A stretch of 64,000 nt of DNA from an uncultured Candidatus Saccharibacteria bacterium (GTDB lineage Bacteria > Patescibacteriota > Minisyncoccia > Phycocordibacterales > UBA2100): positions 67,727-131,726 of the forward strand of contig CAYNRJ010000001.1 of NCBI GenBank assembly GCA_964399865.1, read 5' to 3'. Shown in pieces: positions 1 to 9,071 of the stretch; the stretch's first letter is position 1, and each line of letters opens with the position of its first letter. The notes beneath the pieces were generated by a model. That model saw nothing but the letters and a program-made list of their open reading frames with translations, had not been told where the DNA came from and did not search any database. A program made the translations under genes and the position numbers.

Positions 1-118
1 GGTCGCTCAGGGCGTCACCTCTTTCGGGTCCCTGTCTGCGCCTGCTGGCGCAGCGCTCGGTGTCGGCACCGTCGTGCCTGCGAAGACCCTCAAGAGATGA
101 CGCCCTTCGCTTAGGGTT
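1..118 (+). repeat. GC-rich structured repeat element, copy 1 (candidate ncRNA / structured mobile element)
   Basis: Shares conserved core TCGGGTC..CTGTCTGCGCC-TGCT-GGCGCAG-CGCTC..TCGGCAC-CGTC-GTGCC-TGCGA-AGACCCTCA with copies at 4497-4616 and 10512-10633. Outer arms AGGGCGTCACCTCTT (9-23) and AAGAGATGACGCCCT (92-106) are complementary with one mismatch. Lies in the 3' flank of trxB; may be truncated at the window edge. Confidence 0.6.
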
Positions 119-141
119 AAGAAAATATGCTCGATTACGCT

Positions 142-1065
142 CTACGCAAGACGTAATGCCATGTAGATATCCTCAAGCGCTTTTACTGCGTCGCCCGCGG
201 CGATGTTGTTCTGGTGGTAGGTGCCGTCAGTCACGTCTCCAGCAGCCCACACACGTGGGTGCGAGGTTCTTTGAGTACGAGGATCTACTTTAATTTGTTT
301 TATTGGACTCATCTCGAGCGCATTACCGAGCCACTCAGTATTTGGCAAAAGTCCTATCTCTACGAAAACGCCTTCTACGGGGAGCGTCTCTTCTTTCCCG
401 GTTTTTGTGTCCACCCAAGTAAAACCGTTCACAAATTTTTCTCCTACGACTGCTTTAGGCTGTGCGTTCATTACGAATCGCATATTTGGATGTTTTCTGG
501 CAGCCTCGACACTGATTTCGTCGGCTTTAAATGTTTCTGTGCGATTGAAAAGAGTTACGGTCTTGCAATATGCAAGAAGCTGCAGCGCAGTCTCGAGTCC
601 TGCGTTCCCACCTCCGATCACTGCAACGTCCTTGCCTTCAAAGAGAGGGCCATCGCAGGATGCGCAGTAGGTGAGGCCTTTTTGGTCGTATTCTTTGGCT
701 CCGGGCACCTCCAACATTCTTCTGCGAGCGCCGGATGCAATGAGGACAGCGCGTGCCTCAATTGAAGTACCATCTTTCAGCCCCACCGTTACGGAATCAT
801 TCTTTGGTTCAAGGCTTACGGCGCGAGCGGGATGCTTAATATCGAGGAAAGGCCCCTTGTAGCCTTCCACGTGCTTTTTGAGGCTGTCCGCGAGGTCGGC
901 ACCAGAAATCGCAGGAGTGCCTATCCAGTTTTGGACTTCGGAAGAAACACCGCTCTGACCACCCCACTCGTCTACGACAAGCGCTGTTTTTAATTGCTTA
1001 CGAGCTGCATATACAGCGGCAGCGGACCCAGCAGGTCCACCTCCGATAATTATAAGATCGTACAT
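142..1065 (-). CDS. trxB: thioredoxin-disulfide reductase
   Basis: N-terminal GGGPAG FAD motif, redox-active CASCDG, second GGGNAG NADPH motif; 307 aa typical of TrxB. Confidence 0.9.
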   Translation of the reverse strand: MYDLIIIGGGPAGSAAAVYAARKQLKTALVVDEWGGQSGVSSEVQNWIGTPAISGADLADSLKKHVEGYKGPFLDIKHPARAVSLEPKNDSVTVGLKDGTSIEARAVLIASGARRRMLEVPGAKEYDQKGLTYCASCDGPLFEGKDVAVIGGGNAGLETALQLLAYCKTVTLFNRTETFKADEISVEAARKHPNMRFVMNAQPKAVVGEKFVNGFTWVDTKTGKEETLPVEGVFVEIGLLPNTEWLGNALEMSPIKQIKVDPRTQRTSHPRVWAAGDVTDGTYHQNNIAAGDAVKALEDIYMALRLA

Positions 1066-1123
1066 AGAAGAAATAGGGACTAGTCGTCTATTTTACTACA
1101 TCCTCTAGGAGGATGACCAGTGT

Positions 1124-2356
1124 TTATCTTCGGCGGAGGAACGATGGAAGCCCGCCCCACGTGTCGTCGTCATCTTCCTTAGGTTTTGGTGTTTCCGCTG
1201 GCTTAATTGTCTCCTTGATGATCATTGGCTTCTCGTTTCTCTCTACCGGAGTAGGAGGGGTCGGGATATCGTCGTTTCGCTTGAACTCAGTTCGTCCTAC
1301 GCGTATTGAAGCAGGTGGAACATCCTGATCTTTTTTAGCCGCTATGCGCTGTGAAGTAGCAAAGACTGTCGTAGGGCGTACTGGAGAGCCACCGCTCGAT
1401 TCTGGAAAGCCTGTAGCGATGACCGTAACGCGCACGTAACCTTTCTTGAGAGAGTGATCGACAACAGTACCGAAGATGACCTTTGCATCTGGGTCGATAG
1501 ACTCGGTGATGACATTTGCTGCTTCCTGTATCTCGAGCATGCCGAGGTCCTCGCCGCCTGCAATAGAGAAGAGAATGCCTTTTGCGCCATGTACAGAGAC
1601 ATCGAGGAGAGGGGAATTTATAGCAGCACGAGCTGCAATCTCTGCTCGCTTCTCGCCGGAGGCTGTTCCGATACCCATGAGAGCAGACCCGGCGTTCTGC
1701 ATGACAGCGCGCACATCGGCGAAGTCTACGTTGATGATGCCTGTTTGAGTGATGAGGTCCGAGATACCTTCGACGGCCTGTTTCAGTATGTCATCGCACA
1801 TTGCGAACGCATTCTTTATTCCAGTATCACGCGAGACGATGGCGAGAAGTTTGTCGTTTGGAATAACGATTAGGGCGTCAACAGCTTTGCGAAGTTCTGC
1901 GAGACCCTGTTCTGCGAGTCTACCGCGTTGAGCGCCCTCAAATCCGAATGGCTTAGTGACGACACCTACAGTGAGAGCGCCGAGTTCGCGAGCAATTTTT
2001 GCAACAACTGGAGCCGCACCTGTGCCCGTGCCTCCTCCCATACCGCAGGTGATGAACACCATGTCCGAGCCTTTGATCGCTTCCTGCACTTCTTCTCTTG
2101 TCTCATCGGCCGCTTGCTTACCGAGGTCGGCATTCATGCCAGTACCTAAGCCACGAGTAAGAGCTTTTCCTATATGAATCTTTCTTTTAGCCTTAGATTT
2201 GTGAAGATCTTGGCCATCCGTGTTAACAGCAATGAAGTCCACACCTTCTACGTGCGAACTTACCATGTGGTTGACAGCGTTGCCACCAGATCCGCCTACG
2301 CCTATCACTCGAATTCGAGCGAATGACTCAACATCAGATTTCACTTGTTTAGTCAT
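1124..2356 (-). CDS. ftsZ: cell division GTPase FtsZ
   Basis: Tubulin signature GGGTGTG and the conserved FtsZ core, followed by a long Pro/Asp-rich C-terminal linker. Confidence 0.92.
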   Translation of the reverse strand: MTKQVKSDVESFARIRVIGVGGSGGNAVNHMVSSHVEGVDFIAVNTDGQDLHKSKAKRKIHIGKALTRGLGTGMNADLGKQAADETREEVQEAIKGSDMVFITCGMGGGTGTGAAPVVAKIARELGALTVGVVTKPFGFEGAQRGRLAEQGLAELRKAVDALIVIPNDKLLAIVSRDTGIKNAFAMCDDILKQAVEGISDLITQTGIINVDFADVRAVMQNAGSALMGIGTASGEKRAEIAARAAINSPLLDVSVHGAKGILFSIAGGEDLGMLEIQEAANVITESIDPDAKVIFGTVVDHSLKKGYVRVTVIATGFPESSGGSPVRPTTVFATSQRIAAKKDQDVPPASIRVGRTEFKRNDDIPTPPTPVERNEKPMIIKETIKPAETPKPKEDDDDTWGGLPSFLRRR

Positions 2357-2478
2357 GTTCCCGACATCATATCACTTTCAAGGCGAGGTCAAACTTGACC
2401 CCCTATAGCATGCATGTTTCAGTTTTCTTCGAGAAATCAGACGAAAACTGCACTTAGATTCGAACGGGTATGTATTCC

Positions 2479-3651
2479 TTATGGAAGAAGTGAACGAATC
2501 GCACGACGAACTGCTTCTCCTGCGCGTCTCAGTACTTCGCTAAATGAATATCTGCTATCAGTGTTGTCCTCCATATATGCCCAGCGGCAAAGTCCGTAGG
2601 CAGTGGACCACGTGGCATCTACACCCGAGGATCTTGGCAGATATCCTATCTGAGCAACTTGAGCCGGCAATTTAAGAGTCATGCGCGCTACATCAACAAC
2701 CGGAGGAAGTCCGCTACCTCCTCCAGTGAGAACAATTCCCGCTGGAAGAAGTCCTTGTCTGCCCATTGTTTTTAAATACACATTTACCTGCGTGAATATT
2801 TGTTTCAGTTTTGTTGCGATCACCGTATTCATTCTCTGAGGAGTGATTGTGCTACCTGTCACAGCACCTCGCTTCATTTGCTCAGCTTCAGTAAGAGGGA
2901 TGCGGAAAGCGAGCGCGATCGCGTTCGTGATCTCGCTTGAGCCGGTTGGAAATACTTTGATCGCAACAGGGAGGTCGTTATCAAAAATTATCGTCGAAAG
3001 GGTGTCCGCACCGATGTTTGCGAGGATAACGCCAGCAGTTTTCTGAGCCTTGGAAAGAGTCACGAAACTGGCAGCAAGTGGGGCAGCCATGACACCCTCT
3101 ACTTCTACGCCCGCCGCCTCAACCGTATCGATGATGTCGTCATGGTGCTTCGCGAGTACTGTAATGAAAAGGACCTCTACCGACAGTTTCGTTCCCTGTA
3201 GACCATTTGGCCTGCCAAAAACCTTTTGCCCGTCGACCCGGTACTCTATTGGGATGCTGTGAATAATGAATCGATTCAATAGTTTAGGACCACCGCGTTT
3301 TTCGCTTTCGCTGATAGCACGCTCTACATCGCGGTCGGTGACGACACCACCTGATTGCGTTAATGTAACCTCTCCTACGGAACGAATGTCTTCAAGACTC
3401 ATGCCTCCGAGCGCTACTCGAGCGCTTCGCACCGGCACTTTAGTAGAAGATCGAGCGCGTGCGAGAGCTTCCTGCAGACTTCGTGCCGCTTCCTTAATGT
3501 CTACTATGTATCCTTGGCGGATACCTTTCGAAACAGCTGTCCCTGTTCCGAGTACATGCATCGGGAGTTCTGGATTTTCTGCCGGTGTCGCAATAACCAC
3601 TTTAACGTGAGAAGAGCCGATATCGACACCGGTATACACGCTACGAGCCAT
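2479..3651 (-). CDS. ftsA: cell division protein FtsA (actin-like ATPase)
   Basis: N-terminal VDIGSSHVKVVIA phosphate-1 motif and LTGGGS adenosine motif; sits immediately upstream of ftsZ in the classic ftsA-ftsZ order. Confidence 0.85.
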   Translation of the reverse strand: MARSVYTGVDIGSSHVKVVIATPAENPELPMHVLGTGTAVSKGIRQGYIVDIKEAARSLQEALARARSSTKVPVRSARVALGGMSLEDIRSVGEVTLTQSGGVVTDRDVERAISESEKRGGPKLLNRFIIHSIPIEYRVDGQKVFGRPNGLQGTKLSVEVLFITVLAKHHDDIIDTVEAAGVEVEGVMAAPLAASFVTLSKAQKTAGVILANIGADTLSTIIFDNDLPVAIKVFPTGSSEITNAIALAFRIPLTEAEQMKRGAVTGSTITPQRMNTVIATKLKQIFTQVNVYLKTMGRQGLLPAGIVLTGGGSGLPPVVDVARMTLKLPAQVAQIGYLPRSSGVDATWSTAYGLCRWAYMEDNTDSRYSFSEVLRRAGEAVRRAIRSLLP

Positions 3652-3734
3652 CTAGCTATTGTAACGCTATTATGTGCAGCCGTAAAAACCTTATATAAGG
3701 GGATATTTAAGAAAAACCAAAAGCCGCGCGGAGA

Positions 3735-4124
3735 TTACTTAAAGCCGAATTTTCTCAGGACTTTCACCTCGAGTGCATCCATTTTTTCTCCGTGGTCATA
3801 GCCGAGCAGGTGAAAGCATCCATGCACAAATAGATGGGCGGTTCGATCGATCGTCTTCATGCCGAATGTCTTTGCCTCACGCTCCGCTTTACGAATGTTC
3901 AGAAAGATTTCCCCCTCAATTTTTCCGATAGGGAAGGAAAGCACGTTTGGAGCGTATGTCTTCTTTCGATATTCGCGGTTCATACGACGCGAAAGATTGT
4001 CGCCGCATACAACTATGGAGAGGGAATAGGTCTTCGGTAAGATTGCCTTAGCAATTTTCTCAAATGGAATACGCGGAGTGTTGCTCCGCGTTGTGTTCCG
4101 TATATCTACGCTACCCGTAGGCAT
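3735..4124 (-). CDS. ybeY: rRNA maturation endoribonuclease YbeY
   Basis: H-x3-H-x5-H metal-binding motif (HLFVHGCFHLLGYDH); ~129 aa. Confidence 0.8.
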   Translation of the reverse strand: MPTGSVDIRNTTRSNTPRIPFEKIAKAILPKTYSLSIVVCGDNLSRRMNREYRKKTYAPNVLSFPIGKIEGEIFLNIRKAEREAKTFGMKTIDRTAHLFVHGCFHLLGYDHGEKMDALEVKVLRKFGFK

Positions 4125-4450
4125 TAGTGGGCGATAGGAGCTCCTTCAGGAGCGGTAGGAGTAGCAGACTGCGTTGGAGCGTCTGACTGACCTTGGCGAG
4201 AGTATGGGGAACGGCGAGCTGGGGCTTCAATTACCTTGCCTTCTTTTACAAGTTGGCGGTATTCAGCACGGCGCTTCAAGAGTTTGAGAGCGTGCTTTTT
4301 CTTAACTGTTTTCGATGCACTTCGAGCGTAATAGCGCTGTTTTCGGACAGTTTTTACAAGGCCTGTGCCCTGCACCTTCCTGCTGAATTTGCGAATAGTC
4401 GCAAGGGCGGTTTCGCTGCCTGTTTTCGATACCTCTACGTTTATGGACAT
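4124..4450 (-). CDS. rpsU: 30S ribosomal protein S21-like
   Basis: Basic small protein with an S21-like core (RKFSRKV...KKKHALKLLKRRAEY) and a C-terminal extension. Start placed at the internal ATG (MSINVEV). Overlaps the ybeY start by 1 nt. Confidence 0.5.
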   Translation of the reverse strand: MSINVEVSKTGSETALATIRKFSRKVQGTGLVKTVRKQRYYARSASKTVKKKHALKLLKRRAEYRQLVKEGKVIEAPARRSPYSRQGQSDAPTQSATPTAPEGAPIAH

Positions 4451-4496
4451 GAGAGGGAACTTTAGCATATAAGCCAAAAAACGCAAAGAAGACCCA

Positions 4497-4616
4497 CCAC
4501 TAGGAAGTGAGGGGATTACGTGCTTCGAGGGTGTCTCGCAGGCTGACGAGCCGAGAGGCAGCGCTCCGCCAGCAGGCGGAGACAGCGACCCGAGAAGTAC
4601 GTAATCCCTGAACGCC
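4497..4616 (-). repeat. GC-rich structured repeat element, copy 3 (candidate ncRNA)
   Basis: Reverse complement aligns to copies 1 and 2. Outer arms GGGATTACGTACTTC / GAAGCACGTAATCCC; inner hairpins CUCCGCC-UGCU-GGCGGAG and GGCU-CGUC-AGCC. Begins 5 nt after the stop of the surface-protein gene. Its 3' hairpin plus a U-run forms a terminator before rpsU. Confidence 0.6.
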
Positions 4617-4621
4617 GACCC

Positions 4622-6739
4622 CTACACCTCCTGGAACGTCGGCACAATCCTCACCTTCGACGTCCTCGTCACCGTATCTCCATCAAGCCCAAGACAGGAA
4701 AGAGTGTAGATGGTCTCTTCCTGTATCAGATCAGTACGATTTCCAGAGGCGCCACTCCACGAGCTGCCATTTGTCCTCGTCACGGAGCACGAGCTGACAT
4801 TTCGCACCTCCCAGGTCACAGAGACCGAGCTGCCACGCTGCACTAGAAGAGGACTCACAGTCCAAGTCACCACCTCAGCAGGAGGAGGAGGGGTACATAT
4901 ACCAAGGTTGCACTGATAGCTGCAGGTTGTCACGACTTCTCCGTCGCAGCTGTTCACGACATCTGCTCCTGAACACTCATTGAAACAATTCTGTTCGCAT
5001 ACACCATTTCGTAGGATTTGTCCTGCAGGACACGTAGTGATTGTGGTCTCAGGACACTCAAACGTTCCGGTCCAAGTGACGCGGACTTCTCCACGAGCAC
5101 CATTGCCACCATCTCGCCATCCATTGCCCCCTGCGCCCCCACTTCCAACAGTGACAGGTACTGAGGCTCCAACGGTGAGCGCACCCACAGCATATGTCTT
5201 GGTTGCTCGCCCTCCGCCACCACCGCCACCACCTTCTTGATCAAACCAGACCCATGCACCACTTCCACCTCCTCCAGGAGCACTGCCTGCGTTCCCTGGA
5301 GCTCCTCGAGATGCTGCGGCAACTCCGCCAGCGCCGCCTCCAGTTGGAGCACCTGCACCACCTGTTCCACCTGCGAAGTTTTGCCCAGAGCCTGCGATAC
5401 CATTTCCTCCATTTGCACCTGAGTCACCGCCAGAATACGTTCCCCCTTGAGAAGGAGAGGTGCCGTATATACCAGCACCTCCTCCACGACCGATCAACGT
5501 TGTATTGAAAGAAGAATCACCACCCCTCGTGCCGTTACTGTGTCCGATTCCATCTCCCGCACCTCCACCACCTGCGCCATATACGTCGACACTGAGAGTT
5601 GTGTACGTTGGTACGGTGAACGAAGAAGAGCTGGTGAATACTCGAGTGTTGGATGCTGTATATGATTCACCTGGATCAACTCCTGCAGGGCAGTACCCTG
5701 GAGGGCACTGACTCGCGCTCGCCTGTACTCCTGTGATGTTGGGGCACATGTCAGGGCCACCTCCTCCGCCCCCACCTCCTCCTCCTCCTGGGCACTGAGA
5801 TGCTGAGGTTTGTACTCCTGACATGTTTGGACATGCGTCCTGCACACACTGGCCATTCTGCAGAACGTATCCAGAAGGAACACTGGATTGGTTGCCATTA
5901 ATGTTTGGACAAACGTCAGGTCCACCAGTTGAACACTGTGACGTACTAGTCTGCACTCCTGGCATGTTTGGGCACTTGTCTTCGCATTGATCTGCGAGGT
6001 TGTCCCAATAGTCGGCCTGGCTGTCGTTGCCGATGGATGCGTAGTAGTTGGCGGCGGTGCGGTATTCGGAGCAGGTGGATGGGTCGTCTTTTGGTCCCGG
6101 ATCATTATCACCCGTGTCGGTATCACACTCATTTGGATACACATCGTAATGCGGCTGACCATTTTTTCCTGTGGAGTATACGGAATAGGTGCCACACGGC
6201 GCACTCACGTATGAGAAATCATGGTACGTGTAAGTAGGATCAGAGTCGGCAGTTTTTCCGTCGCCAATCGGAAATGAGTTGACTGTCTCATAATTGTCAT
6301 ACTGCGTAAGATATGTACAATCGTCCCCCACACTTGAGGCCGAGTTTTGCGTCACTACACAATCTTCACCTTCAAAGGCTCCAGAATAATCACCGCCACT
6401 TAGTCCTCCGCCGCTGCTAGAGCAATATTGATCATAGCCGGCATTACACATATCGTCTTCCGAAAAGCAGTAACCACCTTGCTCTATTGGCCGATTCGAA
6501 GGGCAATCCGCATCCTCGCAATAACTTTGATATCCTGCATTGCATAGATCTTCAGGCGGCCAATAACTTGGGTCATGGCAGGCTCCATTTATATCTGCGA
6601 TTTGGTTACCAGAACAAGATCCCGCAGCTTGCAGCTGATATGGAAGGAGAGTGGCAAGGAGGAGCGCAATGAAAGTGAGGAGTATTGTAAGCACTGATGC
6701 GCTCGAGCTTTGAAAATGGGTCAAGGAAGACATATGCAT
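4622..6739 (-). CDS. large secreted/cell-surface protein: signal peptide, Cys-rich N-domain, tandem CPNxxGxQxSxSQC repeats, Gly-rich fibre-like domain, C-terminal Ig-like domain
   Basis: N-terminal hydrophobic signal (LTILLTFIALLLATLL). About four tandem Cys-bounded repeats. Long GGxGG-rich segment resembling phage-fibre/adhesin glycine-rich domains. Clean 705-aa ORF. Confidence 0.65.
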   Translation of the reverse strand: MHMSSLTHFQSSSASVLTILLTFIALLLATLLPYQLQAAGSCSGNQIADINGACHDPSYWPPEDLCNAGYQSYCEDADCPSNRPIEQGGYCFSEDDMCNAGYDQYCSSSGGGLSGGDYSGAFEGEDCVVTQNSASSVGDDCTYLTQYDNYETVNSFPIGDGKTADSDPTYTYHDFSYVSAPCGTYSVYSTGKNGQPHYDVYPNECDTDTGDNDPGPKDDPSTCSEYRTAANYYASIGNDSQADYWDNLADQCEDKCPNMPGVQTSTSQCSTGGPDVCPNINGNQSSVPSGYVLQNGQCVQDACPNMSGVQTSASQCPGGGGGGGGGGGPDMCPNITGVQASASQCPPGYCPAGVDPGESYTASNTRVFTSSSSFTVPTYTTLSVDVYGAGGGGAGDGIGHSNGTRGGDSSFNTTLIGRGGGAGIYGTSPSQGGTYSGGDSGANGGNGIAGSGQNFAGGTGGAGAPTGGGAGGVAAASRGAPGNAGSAPGGGGSGAWVWFDQEGGGGGGGGRATKTYAVGALTVGASVPVTVGSGGAGGNGWRDGGNGARGEVRVTWTGTFECPETTITTCPAGQILRNGVCEQNCFNECSGADVVNSCDGEVVTTCSYQCNLGICTPPPPAEVVTWTVSPLLVQRGSSVSVTWEVRNVSSCSVTRTNGSSWSGASGNRTDLIQEETIYTLSCLGLDGDTVTRTSKVRIVPTFQEV
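5759..5791 (-). repeat. (GGN)11 microsatellite encoding an 11-residue poly-Gly tract inside the surface-protein gene
   Basis: CCTCCTCCGCCCCCACCTCCTCCTCCTCCT on the + strand corresponds to GGGGGGGGGGG in the protein; in-frame length variation is possible. Confidence 0.7.
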
Positions 6740-6978
6740 TATTGAGTAGGAGGGGCGGAAGGTTGCACTGGGAAGGGTGGCATTAAGAGATCAGAAGATC
6801 TGATATTACTTTCCTCCGCCGCGGGAGTATTTGAGTATGCAAAATAGCCAGTCAAAACCGTGAGGAGAATAAATATTAAGATCAAAAAAAGAAGAGCCTT
6901 CAGTAACGTCAGATGATGAACATTCTTCTGCTGCTCTTGCGGTTGAATAGGGGAAGCGAATTGCGACTGTGGAGGCAT
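6739..6978 (-). CDS. small single-pass membrane protein, translationally coupled to the surface-protein gene
   Basis: 78 aa with one TM helix (LLKALLFLILIFILLTVLTGYFAY). Its TAA stop overlaps the ATG of the downstream gene (TAATG). Confidence 0.5.
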   Translation of the reverse strand: MPPQSQFASPIQPQEQQKNVHHLTLLKALLFLILIFILLTVLTGYFAYSNTPAAEESNIRSSDLLMPPFPVQPSAPPTQ

Positions 6979-7040
6979 TCAAAAAGTGTACGATATAAAA
7001 GCAAGAAAATCCGCGAGGAAATAGTGAATTGGGGAAAACT

Positions 7041-7082
7041 AAAAAGCAAAGAGGGTCGCCCGGACGTGGGGCGACCCTCTTG
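7041..7082 (-). terminator. intrinsic terminator of the GC-rich secreted-protein gene
   Basis: Perfect 12-bp stem AGAGGGTCGCCC / GGGCGACCCTCT with a 7-nt loop, followed on the - strand by UGCUUUUUAGUUUU. Confidence 0.7.
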
Positions 7083-7109
7083 ATGAAGGCATTCACGCGG
7101 TGTGAACGC

Positions 7110-7559
7110 CTACATGAGGCCGAGCGCGATCAGCGTTGCGGCGGTCGCCGGTTCGGCATCGTCGTACGGCCCGCAACGGCCGGCCACGACGAAGCGTGCA
7201 CCGCCCTCGTTGTAGGACGAAGAGCCGCAGGCTTCGATCTGGGCATCAGGCCCCCATTGCACGATTGCAGAAGGACCGAAGCCGGTGCCCTGACGCAGCC
7301 ATACGGACACGCCGTTGTTGGGGTTGACGTACGCCGACCAGGTGACGCCACGGTCGTCCGTGACCTCGGCCGTGAAGTACTTCGAGCTCTGGGCGATATC
7401 CGCGAGGATGTCGCCGAACGGCGGCGGAGACGGCGCCATGACGACCACGAACGCCGTCGCTGCCGGCTTCGTATCGTCGACAGAGGCAGCAAGCGCATTC
7501 GGGATGGCCGCGGCAAGCATAAGAGCGGCCGAAGCCGCGATTGCGATACGCTTCATCAT
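7110..7559 (-). CDS. small secreted protein (signal peptide), carried on a GC-rich island
   Basis: Start at MMKRIAIAASAALMLAAAIPNALA preceded by AAAGGAGGG. Region 7029-7700 is visibly much GC-richer than its flanks. Has its own strong terminator. No recognisable domain. Confidence 0.55.
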   Translation of the reverse strand: MMKRIAIAASAALMLAAAIPNALAASVDDTKPAATAFVVVMAPSPPPFGDILADIAQSSKYFTAEVTDDRGVTWSAYVNPNNGVSVWLRQGTGFGPSAIVQWGPDAQIEACGSSSYNEGGARFVVAGRCGPYDDAEPATAATLIALGLM

Positions 7560-7728
7560 CTGATTTGGCCCTCCTTTCAGGCCATGTAAAGTGAAGATCA
7601 GTAGAACCCTGCTCGCCAGAGTGGCGTAGCTAGGTGGTCGCATTCTACCACTCCTTACGGCTCCGTCAAGAGCCGTATGGGCCTCGGAGAGGAGTCAATG
7701 TACCTATTTAGCATGATGACTACTGATG

Positions 7729-7748
7729 CGAAAAAGGCAATAAGCCTT
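7729..7748 (-). terminator. candidate hisS terminator
   Basis: AAGGC-UUAUU-GCCUU hairpin followed by UUUUCGC on the - strand, 16 nt after the hisS stop. Confidence 0.4.
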
Positions 7749-7763
7749 ATGGGATAACTTATT

Positions 7764-8993
7764 TTATCCAGCCACAGCGCTCTTCCACACTCCCATCCGA
7801 TGTCTTTTAAGGTAATTCGTTAATTCAGGAACCGGAACTGCCTCTTGAGAGTTTGTTGCGACCTCACGAACTAGTATCGTGCCCTCAACAGCCTCCTTAT
7901 GTCCCATAATCAGAATGTACGGAGTTGCGTGATGTCTTGCTGCAGCCATCTGTTCGCCAATTCTTTCATGAAGAAGTCCTTGGTGGACCGGAATACTGTC
8001 CTTTCGTAAGGTCTCAAGAATCGAAAGTGATCTACGACGTGCTTCTGCCCCTAGGTGAGCGAAATAAATCGCTGGCAATCCGGCGTTGTCTCTTTTTTGT
8101 CTTGTTGGAACACGTCCGCGGAGTTCACACGTGATACTGATCATCGCAGACGGCATTGATCGACGTGCAAATCTTGCTGCAAGAGGATCGTAGCGGCCTC
8201 CGAAGGCGAGCGAGATGCGTCCTCCTGTTTCTTGATCGAGTGTTGATATCTCAAATAGGGAATGTGACCAGCAATCACGACTTCCAAGTACCTGTGGAGA
8301 GAGTTCGTACGGCAACCCGAACACTTCTAGGTACTCAAGTAGCTCCCAGAATCGTCTTCGCTCTTCTTCTGTAAGATATTCCATCGCCTGAGGCGCGCGC
8401 GGGACAGCAGGGTGTCCTCGTTCGATGAGTTGGACGAGCGCGCCTAGTGGATCTGTAGCTGCGCGAGGGCGAAGTGTCGGCGTAATTGACTCAATATGTT
8501 TTCGTAGATAGGCAGAAACGTCTCGCACGAAGCGATTTGATGACTCCATCGATCCAATGTTGTTCACGGAGAGTACTCGCTTGGAAATTCCCGCTTCCTG
8601 CGCGATTGCATCAGCTACAACTATGAGAAGCGCCTCGGCAATTGCAGAAGAATTTCCCACAACATGCAATTCAAGACCTACACTCGGTATTCCATCGCGC
8701 TCTTTTGCAGAATTTTCGCTCATTCGCCATACAAGCACCGGTTTTTCCGGGGTTTGTGCGCAAGAAATACACTTTCGAGCGGAAACAGCGAGTGGTCGCT
8801 CCTCGCGGCGTGCGAACATGATTTCCGATGGATCGCGCTTCGACTGAACTGGCTTTGGTTCGCCGCTTCTTGCTTGGCGAGAAGTTTTCATTGACTCTTC
8901 GAGCGATGAAAATCCGTAATATTCTGCGATACGGATAGCCGATGAAAGAAATCCGGCGGTATTTTGATGCTGAGTATCTTTTAGACGGATCAT
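7764..8993 (-). CDS. hisS: class IIa aminoacyl-tRNA synthetase, histidyl-tRNA synthetase-like
   Basis: GGRYD motif-3 region and C-terminal class II anticodon-binding domain (ILIMGHKE...). N-terminal motif 1/2 region is divergent. Confidence 0.6.
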   Translation of the reverse strand: MIRLKDTQHQNTAGFLSSAIRIAEYYGFSSLEESMKTSRQARSGEPKPVQSKRDPSEIMFARREERPLAVSARKCISCAQTPEKPVLVWRMSENSAKERDGIPSVGLELHVVGNSSAIAEALLIVVADAIAQEAGISKRVLSVNNIGSMESSNRFVRDVSAYLRKHIESITPTLRPRAATDPLGALVQLIERGHPAVPRAPQAMEYLTEEERRRFWELLEYLEVFGLPYELSPQVLGSRDCWSHSLFEISTLDQETGGRISLAFGGRYDPLAARFARRSMPSAMISITCELRGRVPTRQKRDNAGLPAIYFAHLGAEARRRSLSILETLRKDSIPVHQGLLHERIGEQMAAARHHATPYILIMGHKEAVEGTILVREVATNSQEAVPVPELTNYLKRHRMGVWKSAVAG

Positions 8994-9071
8994 GAAAGGT
9001 TTTTAGTAGTAAGTTTGTAGTATTCACCCACGTGACAAACGACTATTGTCTTATCGACTACCTGCTAATAA

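Noticed and set aside
60-765. ORFs 60..293 (+), 214..765 (+), 407..670 (+) from the six-frame track
   Set aside because: They lie inside structured repeat copy 1 or antisense to trxB. They are Arg/Ser/Cys-rich with low-complexity composition and no RBS. trxB on the opposite strand has clear motifs.
5745-5800. Short tandem CCT/CCN repeat that could be mistaken for a CRISPR-like or non-coding repeat
   Set aside because: It is in-frame coding sequence (poly-Gly) of the surface protein. No regularly spaced repeat-spacer array or cas genes anywhere in the window.
4710-6237. Multiple ORFs on both strands inside the surface-protein gene (e.g. 4954..5487, 5494..6204, 5460..5711)
   Set aside because: Artefacts of the GGN/CCN-rich repetitive coding sequence. 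Only the 705-aa frame has a signal peptide, start/stop coupling and a coherent domain structure.
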